Below, one piece after another: positions 1 to 7,344 of a stretch of DNA of 64,000 nucleotides (positions within the stretch are counted from its first letter, which is position 1; every line of letters begins with the position of its first letter). The DNA lies in IMG/VR virus record IMGVR_UViG_3300027808_002177, positions 15,243 through 79,242 of that record; one strand, given 5' to 3'. The position numbers were made by a program, and so were the translations under genes. Source of the stretch: a virus. Taxonomy: Duplodnaviria > Heunggongvirae > Uroviricota > Caudoviricetes. Under the pieces are notes generated by a model that had not been told where the DNA came from, ran no database searches, and saw nothing but the letters and a program-made list of their open reading frames with translations.

Positions 1-222
1 TTCTTGTTACTGTGGATGCGCTTTTCTTTGTCAAAGGCTGCGGCATTGCCCAGCATGACTCGGCTAACACGGTCACCAGCAATGTTAGCAAACTTGCCTT
101 GCTTGTCAGGATAGTACAGCACGTACTTGGCTGGATACTGCTTGAGTACTCTCTTGCCATCTACACGTTCTACAACGTGGATGAGCTCTTTCTTTTTGTC
201 GTGATATGCGTCAATGAACATG
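1..222 (-). CDS. hypothetical protein, N-terminal part (gene continues past left edge)
   Basis: Minus-strand ATG at 222-220 opens a frame (MFIDAYHDKKKELIHVVERVDGKRVLKQYPAKYVLYYPDKQGKF...) with no stop before position 1. It is co-oriented with its neighbours. The overlapping + ORF at 12..242 is its shadow. Confidence 0.4.
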
Positions 223-238
223 TATTATGTATTTCTCT

Positions 239-649
239 TTAGTAGAAGTGTTTAGCCAGTGCTTCAGACAATCGGTCGTCATCTACTTTGATTTCTAATT
301 CTTTAAGTGTTTCTTTGAACACATGCTCTAGGTCTTCGAATCGGTAAATGCTATTATGTAAGCCCAGGAAGCCAGCATGCTGAGCAGCCGCATAGGCCTC
401 TGGACCCCAACCAAAAGTTTCGTATAAGATACCTCGATAGCTACGGTTCTCATCAAGCTCACCTTGTGCCAGCTTTTCAACTACTGCACAAAATGCCCAT
501 AGTTGTTCTTCGGGTTCTAAATTTGAGTAGTACGAATTGGCCATGTCTTGGTATTCGTTTGCTGCTTTAAGGAATACATTGCCAGACTCGTGTAATGCAT
601 CCATTACTTCTTGTTTTTTAATTTCTTCGGTCATATACAAGTATAGCAC
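239..649 (-). CDS. hypothetical protein (136 aa)
   Basis: Long minus ORF, tightly packed and co-oriented with its neighbours. No recognisable motif. Confidence 0.5.
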   Translation of the reverse strand: MLYLYMTEEIKKQEVMDALHESGNVFLKAANEYQDMANSYYSNLEPEEQLWAFCAVVEKLAQGELDENRSYRGILYETFGWGPEAYAAAQHAGFLGLHNSIYRFEDLEHVFKETLKELEIKVDDDRLSEALAKHFY

Positions 650-870
650 TAATCTTTAAGTTTGTCAAGCAGTTCTGCTTCAGCATGTTCTCGCCATTCT
701 TTGAGCCAAGGTGAATGATCACATTCGCGCACATGAGCCATAACACGTTTACGACCAGCGCCTTCCATTGCTTCACCAATGAAGAAATGCATTATCACAC
801 GACCGTGATGTTTAACTTCAACTATCATTGGATCATGTTTTGCATTTGACCAAGTGAATTCTTCGTACAT
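649..870 (-). CDS. hypothetical protein (73 aa)
   Basis: ORF abutting its neighbours in the same operon-like block. Confidence 0.4.
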   Translation of the reverse strand: MYEEFTWSNAKHDPMIVEVKHHGRVIMHFFIGEAMEGAGRKRVMAHVRECDHSPWLKEWREHAEAELLDKLKD

Positions 871-879
871 ATTTTTCCT

Positions 880-1128
880 TTATTTTCCCCAGCGTAGTAT
901 AAAATATGCCAAGTCATTTTTTTCTCTAAACCAAAACTTTGCATTGTTAGCATACCATTTTGCACCTGGAGTAACTACATCAGTGGGTGTAGGGCCATAC
1001 TCTTCAACGCACCATGTTACTATATCATTCCAATACTGATTATACCATCCCGGAGCCCAACTCCAGACTGGCTCGGCAGTATAATATCGTGCGCCATATA
1101 TACGACCCTCGCCTTGTATCAACTCCAT
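880..1128 (-). CDS. small protein of C-terminal-motif family (ends ...NDLAYFILRWGK)
   Basis: Trp-rich 82-aa ORF. Its ATG overlaps the stop of the upstream gene (ATGGAGTTGA). Shares the C-terminal motif seen in about 11 consecutive genes. Confidence 0.5.
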   Translation of the reverse strand: MELIQGEGRIYGARYYTAEPVWSWAPGWYNQYWNDIVTWCVEEYGPTPTDVVTPGAKWYANNAKFWFREKNDLAYFILRWGK

Positions 1129-1412
1129 GTTAACTTAAACAGTGCCGCCTCATCTTTGTTTTCAAAAACCCAAGTCTTGCCGCGGTGTTTCCAATGATGC
1201 CGACATTCATTGTGCATCCAGTTGTTCATATCAAGTGTTGGCCCGTGTAATGAGAATCTCGGTAGTTCAACCTTGGTCCATCCAACTGAAACCATCATAT
1301 CAGAAATAAGTTCCCAGTCGATTTCATCTGACAGGATCTTTGCAGCTTTGTCAGCGTATTGTTCTTCCATTACTTGAGTTGCAGTTTTCTTCACAGTTAC
1401 TCCACACCCCAT
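1119..1412 (-). CDS. small protein of C-terminal-motif family (ends ...FENKDEAALFKLTWS)
   Basis: ORF with the conserved C-terminal tail. Overlaps both neighbours. Confidence 0.5.
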   Translation of the reverse strand: MGCGVTVKKTATQVMEEQYADKAAKILSDEIDWELISDMMVSVGWTKVELPRFSLHGPTLDMNNWMHNECRHHWKHRGKTWVFENKDEAALFKLTWS

Positions 1413-1744
1413 GATAGTTTAAGATACGCATACAGTTCGTGATGCATGTCAAATATACTATGATAATGTATCCACTGGCGATCAATGTGATTGTACCAAT
1501 GATGGTTAGGTTGTGCTCTAACCCAATCGCCTACTTCTTTTGTACATTTTACAGTGTACCAAATTTCATCATCCACTAAGGCTTTGGCGAGTATTTCGGC
1601 AGATTTAACTGGTATTTCGTCAGTATTCCATTGTTGGTGCCATTGTTGTTGCACCGCAGTTTTAATAATCATACAGTTACAAGTGCTACAAGGCCAACGT
1701 ATGTTATAGCATGTAGTAATTGATCTAAGCCTAACAACCACCAA
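1397..1744 (-). CDS. small protein of C-terminal-motif family. Paralog of the C-terminal half of 3034..3471.
   Basis: WYTVKCTKEVGDWVRAQPNHHWYNHIDRQWIHYHSIFDMHHELYAYLKLSWGVE aligns with PWYTVSCRKEVSIWIRENGVEDQEWYSHIDSRWALHRNVFDVSQEMFAMTKLRWGV. Confidence 0.5.
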   Translation of the reverse strand: MVVVRLRSITTCYNIRWPCSTCNCMIIKTAVQQQWHQQWNTDEIPVKSAEILAKALVDDEIWYTVKCTKEVGDWVRAQPNHHWYNHIDRQWIHYHSIFDMHHELYAYLKLSWGVE

Positions 1745-2034
1745 AACTGTTCATGTGTATTTGCACCCCAACCGTACTTTTTATTGATATTCATCTTAGC
1801 CCAATCAACGTGGTAGTGAACAATAATATCAATTAGTGCCAGGTAGATTGCGGCTATGGGTGCAAACCAGACAAAACAAACGTATGTGCCAATCCCATGT
1901 AGTCCGGAGTGCAAGATGCCTCCTGGATGTCCGTATGTTCCTTTGTTTAGGTACTGGTAAGGTTTTTGTAGCGGAAAGTCTACTACAAAATGCTTGGTAA
2001 AAAGCAATGCAATTAGAATTAGTGTTTCATTCAT
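1669..2034 (-). CDS. small integral membrane protein with His cluster (HYHVDW)
   Basis: 121 aa with three hydrophobic segments. The start region overlaps the neighbouring gene, so the true start may be internal. Confidence 0.4.
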   Translation of the reverse strand: MNETLILIALLFTKHFVVDFPLQKPYQYLNKGTYGHPGGILHSGLHGIGTYVCFVWFAPIAAIYLALIDIIVHYHVDWAKMNINKKYGWGANTHEQFWWLLGLDQLLHAITYVGLVALVTV

Positions 2035-2035
2035 G

Positions 2036-2419
2036 TTAACTCCACATTAGTTTTGCAATTATAGCATACTCATGCTGCTTTTGCCTAATCTTTATTGTAA
2101 GTCGATTATCCGAAGCATCATTATTTGCCATGCCCCAGTTCCAATCCCATCCTTGACGACCCACATGCTGTTCCATCCAAGGACGATAGTGATCATTTGG
2201 GTCTGCACTGTCAACGTATTCAAATTCTGGACCATACCCACTCCAGCCATCTCTATGGCCAGGCCCAACTTTAACTAGACCGTTGGGCCATGCAACATTG
2301 ATAACAACGCCGGGCATAAATCTCCACCATAGTTGGTCAATGATGTTTAGTCCACAAGGCATGTACCTGCCCGACGGGAAAAAGAATAGCTTTTTGATTT
2401 CTAACTTGCTCATGCCCAT
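2036..2419 (-). CDS. small protein of C-terminal-motif family (ends ...HEYAIIAKLMWS)
   Basis: 127-aa ORF, W/G-rich, with the shared C-terminal tail. Confidence 0.5.
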   Translation of the reverse strand: MGMSKLEIKKLFFFPSGRYMPCGLNIIDQLWWRFMPGVVINVAWPNGLVKVGPGHRDGWSGYGPEFEYVDSADPNDHYRPWMEQHVGRQGWDWNWGMANNDASDNRLTIKIRQKQHEYAIIAKLMWS

Positions 2420-2670
2420 GTCAGCGCAAACACTGCTGCCTCCTCATCGCATTCAAATTGTATAAACTTTTCTTTTAAGTATCCTGGACTATGGTAGTAT
2501 GGACTACGGCAGTTTGTCTTAAGCCATTCGTTAACCAAACGGTCTTTGTAGCTTACTTGATACTGTGCTTGCACATTATCTACAGTTTTGGCATACGTGA
2601 CTTTATGCAATCGAGGAAATTTAATTCCAGGCCATGCATCGTTTGTAGTATAAGTTATTGTCATGACCAA
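2410..2670 (-). CDS. small protein of C-terminal-motif family (ends ...CDEEAAVFALTWA)
   Basis: ORF overlapping its neighbours by 10 nt. Confidence 0.5.
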   Translation of the reverse strand: MVMTITYTTNDAWPGIKFPRLHKVTYAKTVDNVQAQYQVSYKDRLVNEWLKTNCRSPYYHSPGYLKEKFIQFECDEEAAVFALTWA

Positions 2671-2852
2671 GCAAGTTTGAATATGATTGCATCTTCTTCT
2701 TCGCCAAAGAAGTAGTCAATTTTAGCATTGTCGTATGTGTAGTACCCATCCTGATGAACATCGTTAGTAATGTAGCTGGGACAATTTTCTTTGGCCCAAT
2801 CAAGTGGCTCCCGGAATGGTCTAAATGGCAAAGTCACGTGAATCATGAACAA
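2661..2852 (-). CDS. small protein of C-terminal-motif family (ends ...EEEDAIIFKLAWS)
   Basis: 63-aa ORF with the shared tail. Confidence 0.45.
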   Translation of the reverse strand: MFMIHVTLPFRPFREPLDWAKENCPSYITNDVHQDGYYTYDNAKIDYFFGEEEDAIIFKLAWS

Positions 2853-3046
2853 GCAAGTTTAAACATCACAGCGTCATCTTTATTGGCAAAGCAATATGTA
2901 GAATTGTTTTCGTTAAAGCGCCAGTCATCTCGAAGTAAGTTATTCTTGAGCCAAATGATGCGATCATCGTTGGCTTCCATGTTCTCTACAGCCATTTGAA
3001 ACTGGTGTGGCCAAATCCGTTTGTTTAATACTCTCATACACCCCAC
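2843..3046 (-). CDS. small protein of C-terminal-motif family (ends ...FANKDDAVMFKLACS)
   Basis: 67-aa ORF with the shared tail. Confidence 0.45.
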   Translation of the reverse strand: MGCMRVLNKRIWPHQFQMAVENMEANDDRIIWLKNNLLRDDWRFNENNSTYCFANKDDAVMFKLACS

Positions 3047-3471
3047 CTTAATTTAGTCATAGCAAACATTTCTTGCGACACGTCAAACACATTGCGATGC
3101 AAGGCCCACCTGCTGTCGATATGACTGTACCATTCTTGATCTTCTACGCCGTTTTCACGAATCCAAATAGAAACTTCTTTGCGGCATGAAACAGTGTACC
3201 AAGGCACACCATCAACATCAGCAGTTGTTAGCACTTCAAACGGTGGTACCGGCGATAATGGCATGATGATTTCTTTGCAAAGGTTGTCAAGCATGACAGC
3301 AGTAAGCATACTCTTACCAGTGTTGCGACCAGATGCAAACGTCATCATTTCCCCACGTTTGATCCCACCATACATTTTGTTGAGCGTTTCTTTTTGCCAG
3401 CTCATTATTGGACCATTTACAAGTTCTGTAAATGTTTCAATGTCTAGGTCAAATTTTTCAGGTACAGCCAT
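3034..3471 (-). CDS. hypothetical protein with C-terminal domain paralogous to 1397..1744
   Basis: 145 aa. The C-terminal half aligns with the 1397..1744 product. The N-terminal 'SGRNTGKS' has the wrong spacing for a Walker A motif. Confidence 0.5.
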   Translation of the reverse strand: MAVPEKFDLDIETFTELVNGPIMSWQKETLNKMYGGIKRGEMMTFASGRNTGKSMLTAVMLDNLCKEIIMPLSPVPPFEVLTTADVDGVPWYTVSCRKEVSIWIRENGVEDQEWYSHIDSRWALHRNVFDVSQEMFAMTKLRWGV

Positions 3472-3472
3472 A

Positions 3473-3715
3473 TCAGGTCCATGTTAGCTTATACAGCATT
3501 ATAAACTGTTCTGCATCTTCACGCGACCTAAATTTCCAAGTATCGTAGCTGATCCTGGCGGCATTTGCGTTTTCTTCGGTCCATTTTAGGATAGCATCAA
3601 CTGCCTCAGTATCAACTATAGTACCGAACTCATAGTGATCCTGGTACGGATCTTTAAGAGCTACAACATGCCCCCAACCTTTTCGTAGTGAATAGTTTGG
3701 CTCAAGCCAGCTCAT
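3473..3715 (-). CDS. small protein of C-terminal-motif family (ends ...REDAEQFIMLYKLTWT)
   Basis: 80-aa ORF. Confidence 0.5.
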   Translation of the reverse strand: MSWLEPNYSLRKGWGHVVALKDPYQDHYEFGTIVDTEAVDAILKWTEENANAARISYDTWKFRSREDAEQFIMLYKLTWT

Positions 3716-3993
3716 TGGATGGCACCACCAAACCGTAACTTGGCTATAATAGCATCTTCTTTATTCTTAAAGCTGACTTGTGTTACTGTGTCCCATGAAC
3801 TACTGTTAACATCACTTACATCGCACGAGTGCATGATCCACAAGTCATGATCACCGTGGTACATTTTAAAGTAGTCGTACTCTGCTTGCGTAGTCATCAG
3901 TAGCGGGCCAATGTTTTCGCTGAGCCATTCGTACACATCTTCTTCAACTGCGTCGCCAATGAACAAATTATATTTTAACCACTTGTCAGACAT
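3712..3993 (-). CDS. small protein of C-terminal-motif family (ends ...FKNKEDAIIAKLRFGG...)
   Basis: The ORF-track start at 3996 is TTG. The ATG at 3993-3991 overlaps the upstream stop (ATGTCTGA). Confidence 0.5.
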   Translation of the reverse strand: MSDKWLKYNLFIGDAVEEDVYEWLSENIGPLLMTTQAEYDYFKMYHGDHDLWIMHSCDVSDVNSSSWDTVTQVSFKNKEDAIIAKLRFGGAIQ

Positions 3994-4285
3994 CAAAGTT
4001 CAGCATAAAATATGCTGCCTCATCTTTGCTTTTAATGGTCACAGTGACCATTGGATCACCAGAATTGAATCGAGGCGTGCAGTCAGCACCGGGGCAATGT
4101 TCTTCCATCCAGGAGATAAACTCATGATGGTCTTTGCTGTATACCCAGCAGTGCCAGCCTACAACTTCTTCTCGAAACTCTCGTTCTGGCTCTCCTTTTT
4201 TTAAAAGGATAGCAGGCACAGTGTGCCAACCATCTTCATATCGCCAATGATGTACACTGATTTTTTGTTTCATTACTGCATCCAC
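3986..4285 (-). CDS. small protein of C-terminal-motif family (ends ...IKSKDEAAYFMLNFDV)
   Basis: 99 aa. The C-terminal codons AAAGATGAGGCAGCA nearly match AAAGATGAGGCGGCA in gene 1119..1412. Confidence 0.5.
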   Translation of the reverse strand: MDAVMKQKISVHHWRYEDGWHTVPAILLKKGEPEREFREEVVGWHCWVYSKDHHEFISWMEEHCPGADCTPRFNSGDPMVTVTIKSKDEAAYFMLNFDV

Positions 4286-4563
4286 ATTTTTACCAAAGCA
4301 ATTGAATCAATTGTAACAAGAAGCAAATAGTTTGCCAGCATACCTACGCTACCGCGAGTCTTAGCAGCCCATGCAAAAATAGCACACTGAAATATAAACA
4401 GTGGGTACAGGATTAAGAAAGGTGGAGTTGGTACAGTCAGCATCATTGTAAATGCACAACCTATACTTAGGAACCAAGCAAGAATTTCAAGTACACAACG
4501 TACAGGATTTTCTTGCCAATCCGCTTGGATGTAATTGCCTACGCTTGCAAGTAGGCGAAGCAT
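4273..4563 (-). CDS. small integral membrane protein (2-3 TM)
   Basis: 96 aa, strongly hydrophobic (FLILYPLFIFQCAIFAWAA). Confidence 0.45.
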   Translation of the reverse strand: MLRLLASVGNYIQADWQENPVRCVLEILAWFLSIGCAFTMMLTVPTPPFLILYPLFIFQCAIFAWAAKTRGSVGMLANYLLLVTIDSIALVKMWMQ

Positions 4564-4814
4564 TACACTTTGTTGCCAGTTACTTCAAGGATCTCTTCCA
4601 TTGCTTCAAAGTCCGATTGGTCTTTGTCAAAGTCGCCTTTGAATGCTTTGGTAATGGCTTTGTTTAGTACTGCTGGTTTAATTTCCATTTCTTCAGCAAT
4701 AGCTGCAACTGTTTCTTTCAGGCCCACGCTAAGATCATCAATCTCACGCTTGACTTGAATCCCCTCTTGGATCACTCGTTTCAGTTTTGCAATTTGTTCT
4801 GGTGAAAAGCTCAT
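4563..4814 (-). CDS. hypothetical acidic protein (83 aa)
   Basis: Well-formed ORF, Lys/Glu-rich and helical-looking. Confidence 0.45.
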   Translation of the reverse strand: MSFSPEQIAKLKRVIQEGIQVKREIDDLSVGLKETVAAIAEEMEIKPAVLNKAITKAFKGDFDKDQSDFEAMEEILEVTGNKV

Positions 4815-4872
4815 ATAAATCTCCGTTAGTTAATGTCTTACCAAGTAAGTATACACGTTCCAACGCTGCTTG

Positions 4873-5640
4873 TCAAGAACTTTTTCGTTCGATATCTGAT
4901 TCTTCGCAACTAGTGCCAAATTGTATCTCAATGAGCCTGCACGGTTGATCAAAAGGATTAGACAACTGATGCCATGAGCCAGCAGGGATTGCTATATTGG
5001 CATGGGCCTCTAGTGTTAGTTGAGCCTCTTTATAGTTGATAACACACCTGCCTTCGCTTACGTGCCAATATTCAGACCTGTTTTCGTGACGTTGCATGCT
5101 CAAACTTTGTCCGGGCATGACAGTAAGTTCTTTTACTTTGGTGCCTGGCACTTCATGCAGTACTCTATAATAACCCCACAAGCGACGAGTCTTTGGGGCT
5201 TTCCATTCTTCGAGGATCCAAGAACTGGAATTGGCTTTGTTATCCCCACCTACGCCAAATTTAAACAAAATATTCTTAACACTCATTTCAGGAATATTCT
5301 CAGCAGTTCGGTCGCCACCATTAGCAAAGATGATTTCAGCATAAGAGTAACTTCGCTGTATAGTTTCTAATAGTTTAACTGCGCTACCGTCAGCATCATC
5401 AAATCCAACTACTTCGTCAACACACCGTAGTCCTTCAAGCACTGATTTGCGTTCTTCAAATGTCATAAACGGTCTGCCCTTTTTACGTTCAAGCCAAGCA
5501 TCAGAGTTCAAGCCAACTACTAACTTATCGCCATGCTCGCGAGCCGCTTGTAAATATTTTATGTGTCCCGAATGAACAGGATCAAACCCGCCAGTTGCAA
5601 TTACTATTTTCATATGATTATTTATTGGTGCATCCACCAT
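4873..5640 (-). CDS. bifunctional sugar-phosphate nucleotidyltransferase (cytidylyl/adenylyltransferase, HldE domain II-like) fused to a type II mannose-6-phosphate isomerase-like cupin
   Basis: N-terminus KIVIATGGFDPVHSGHIKYLQAAREHGDKLVVGLNSDAW carries the HxGH nucleotidyltransferase signature. C-terminus LSMQRHENRSEYWHVSEG carries the ManC/MPI type II cupin motif. The start may be the internal ATG at 5613. Confidence 0.75.
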   Translation of the reverse strand: MVDAPINNHMKIVIATGGFDPVHSGHIKYLQAAREHGDKLVVGLNSDAWLERKKGRPFMTFEERKSVLEGLRCVDEVVGFDDADGSAVKLLETIQRSYSYAEIIFANGGDRTAENIPEMSVKNILFKFGVGGDNKANSSSWILEEWKAPKTRRLWGYYRVLHEVPGTKVKELTVMPGQSLSMQRHENRSEYWHVSEGRCVINYKEAQLTLEAHANIAIPAGSWHQLSNPFDQPCRLIEIQFGTSCEESDIERKSS

Positions 5641-5663
5641 TGGTTTTTCAGAATAAATATCGT

Positions 5664-6590
5664 ATGCAAACTTTTACCAAAATCTTCAACACCAAATATC
5701 CTATTGCTTGTATGGCAATGAATCAGGTCTCAGATGTTCCACTGGCAATTGCTGTCCGAAACGCCGGCTGCTTGCCTAGCCTATCAATTTTTAATTATTA
5801 TGCCAAGACTGGAATTATTTCTCTTAGCTTGTTTGAAGCTGATCTCAAAAGATATTTAGATGCAGTCGGGGATACTTCAATTTTAATTAGCCTTAGCACC
5901 GAAAGCATATTAGACATACCAAACTTTTTAGAAATACTATTAACCTATCGCGTTGGGGCAGTTGAAATTATATTAGAAGATCAGCACATAGACTATGAAC
6001 GCCGCCGCAATGTGCTTTTGCCGCAGGCAATTTTTCGGCTGCGGTCAAATGGCATTATGGTGTTTACCAAGACATTACACGCAACTGATATAATTGATGA
6101 TACCGACGGCATTGTCCTTAAAGGTCCTGACGGCGCAGGGCGCGGCAATCTGACAGGCGAAACATTGTCACAATTATTTGATAAATTTACTGCTTGTTAC
6201 CCGGGCCAACATGTAATTACGTCAGGTGGTGTAGGTACAAGCGAGCAATTGAAATACTATGTAGATCGTGGAGCATTTGCTGTGGGCATTGGCACTATGT
6301 TTGCAGTTTCTACCGAAAGTAAAATTTCCACAGAATCAAAACTCAAATTGGTAGCTTCAAGTGCTTCTGATGTTAAGCGTTTAGATAACGGTAAGACACT
6401 GTCTGACAGTCAAAATGCCATTGTCTTTAACCAATACACAAATCAAGATAATCAGAATAATACCAGAAGCCTGGCAATGGGTGTACGTAGCCCAAGTCTT
6501 GGCCATGTGTTTATTGGCAAAGGGATTGAACACGCAAATGAAATCCTCACTTGCGAAGAAATTGTTCAACGATTGGTCAAAGACCTTTAA
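5664..6590 (+). CDS. nitronate monooxygenase / NPD (FabK-like) TIM-barrel FMN oxidoreductase family protein
   Basis: YPIACMAMNQVSDVPLAIAVRNAGCLPS and TSGGVGTSEQLKYYVDRGAFAVGIGTMF resemble the NMO/2-nitropropane dioxygenase signatures. The track ORF starts at TTG 5595. The first ATG is at 5664. Confidence 0.6.
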   Translation: MQTFTKIFNTKYPIACMAMNQVSDVPLAIAVRNAGCLPSLSIFNYYAKTGIISLSLFEADLKRYLDAVGDTSILISLSTESILDIPNFLEILLTYRVGAVEIILEDQHIDYERRRNVLLPQAIFRLRSNGIMVFTKTLHATDIIDDTDGIVLKGPDGAGRGNLTGETLSQLFDKFTACYPGQHVITSGGVGTSEQLKYYVDRGAFAVGIGTMFAVSTESKISTESKLKLVASSASDVKRLDNGKTLSDSQNAIVFNQYTNQDNQNNTRSLAMGVRSPSLGHVFIGKGIEHANEILTCEEIVQRLVKDL

Positions 6591-6736
6591 AGTCTACTCT
6601 GCGATAGAACACAATACTCTGGTGGACCACTAGAGGCAAACCTCAATGAATGCATAAATAATTCATAATACTATCTAACTACCTATACAGAAGTAGTAGT
6701 TATAGTGATTGATTAATTTAGGATTGGGGAAGCCGT

Positions 6737-7327
6737 ATGTTTAAGTTAATATCAGAGCCGCGCCCGCTACTGTATCAGCTGGAAATTGAAGTTCCTGATG
6801 GGTTGGAATTTGAACAGCTAGAATGGCAGGAAATACATATCACAGGCGCAATCAATAAAACAAAATTTAACCTTAGACAAACAGCCAGTGATATTGATCA
6901 TTTGCCTGTGATATCTAAATTTTGCCAGGATATACGAGAGTCTCAGAGCAAGCTCCTAGAGCACATGTGGGAAAATCCAAATTTTCAAACTGAGTGGGCT
7001 GGTTACACCTTGGAACAACTGAAATTAAACACAAGCCCATATTGTGAAGCATGTAAAGACTGGCCGGGATTTGACACTGGTATACATTTAGATAATCGTA
7101 AAACTGTTACCGCAGGTATGGTGTTCTTTAATCAAGGTGTAATAGAAGAAAAAAGTACAACATTTTACAGAGATGGTAATGGTAATTTTCCAATTATGAT
7201 GTCTTGTGCATTTGGGCAAGGATGGTACTCTGCTAACAATCCACACAGTTGGCATCAAGGTGCCAACAATTCTAATGATATTCGCTATAGTATAAAGTTT
7301 GGCCACCACTTAAACATGATTTATTGA
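6737..7327 (+). CDS. putative 2OG-Fe(II) oxygenase superfamily protein (PhyH-like)
   Basis: HxD (GIHLDN) followed by a distal His and Arg (HSWHQGANNSNDIRYSIKF). Preceded by GGGGAAG about 8 nt upstream. Confidence 0.4.
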   Translation: MFKLISEPRPLLYQLEIEVPDGLEFEQLEWQEIHITGAINKTKFNLRQTASDIDHLPVISKFCQDIRESQSKLLEHMWENPNFQTEWAGYTLEQLKLNTSPYCEACKDWPGFDTGIHLDNRKTVTAGMVFFNQGVIEEKSTTFYRDGNGNFPIMMSCAFGQGWYSANNPHSWHQGANNSNDIRYSIKFGHHLNMIY

Positions 7328-7344
7328 CACCTGTAAACAGCATA

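Noticed and set aside
12-242. Plus-strand 76-aa ORF at the left edge
   Set aside because: It lies antisense to a co-oriented minus-strand gene whose ATG (222) opens a frame running off the window. It has no RBS and an odd composition. Treated as a shadow ORF.
3034-3471. Possible P-loop NTPase in the 145-aa protein (SGRNTGKS)
   Set aside because: Spacing is G-x3-GKS rather than the Walker A G-x4-GK[ST]. No Walker B was seen.
5595-5663. TTG-initiated N-terminal extension of the NMO-like plus-strand gene
   Set aside because: The track start is TTG and would overlap the divergent minus gene start. The first ATG (5664) gives a protein that aligns from the start of the NMO fold.
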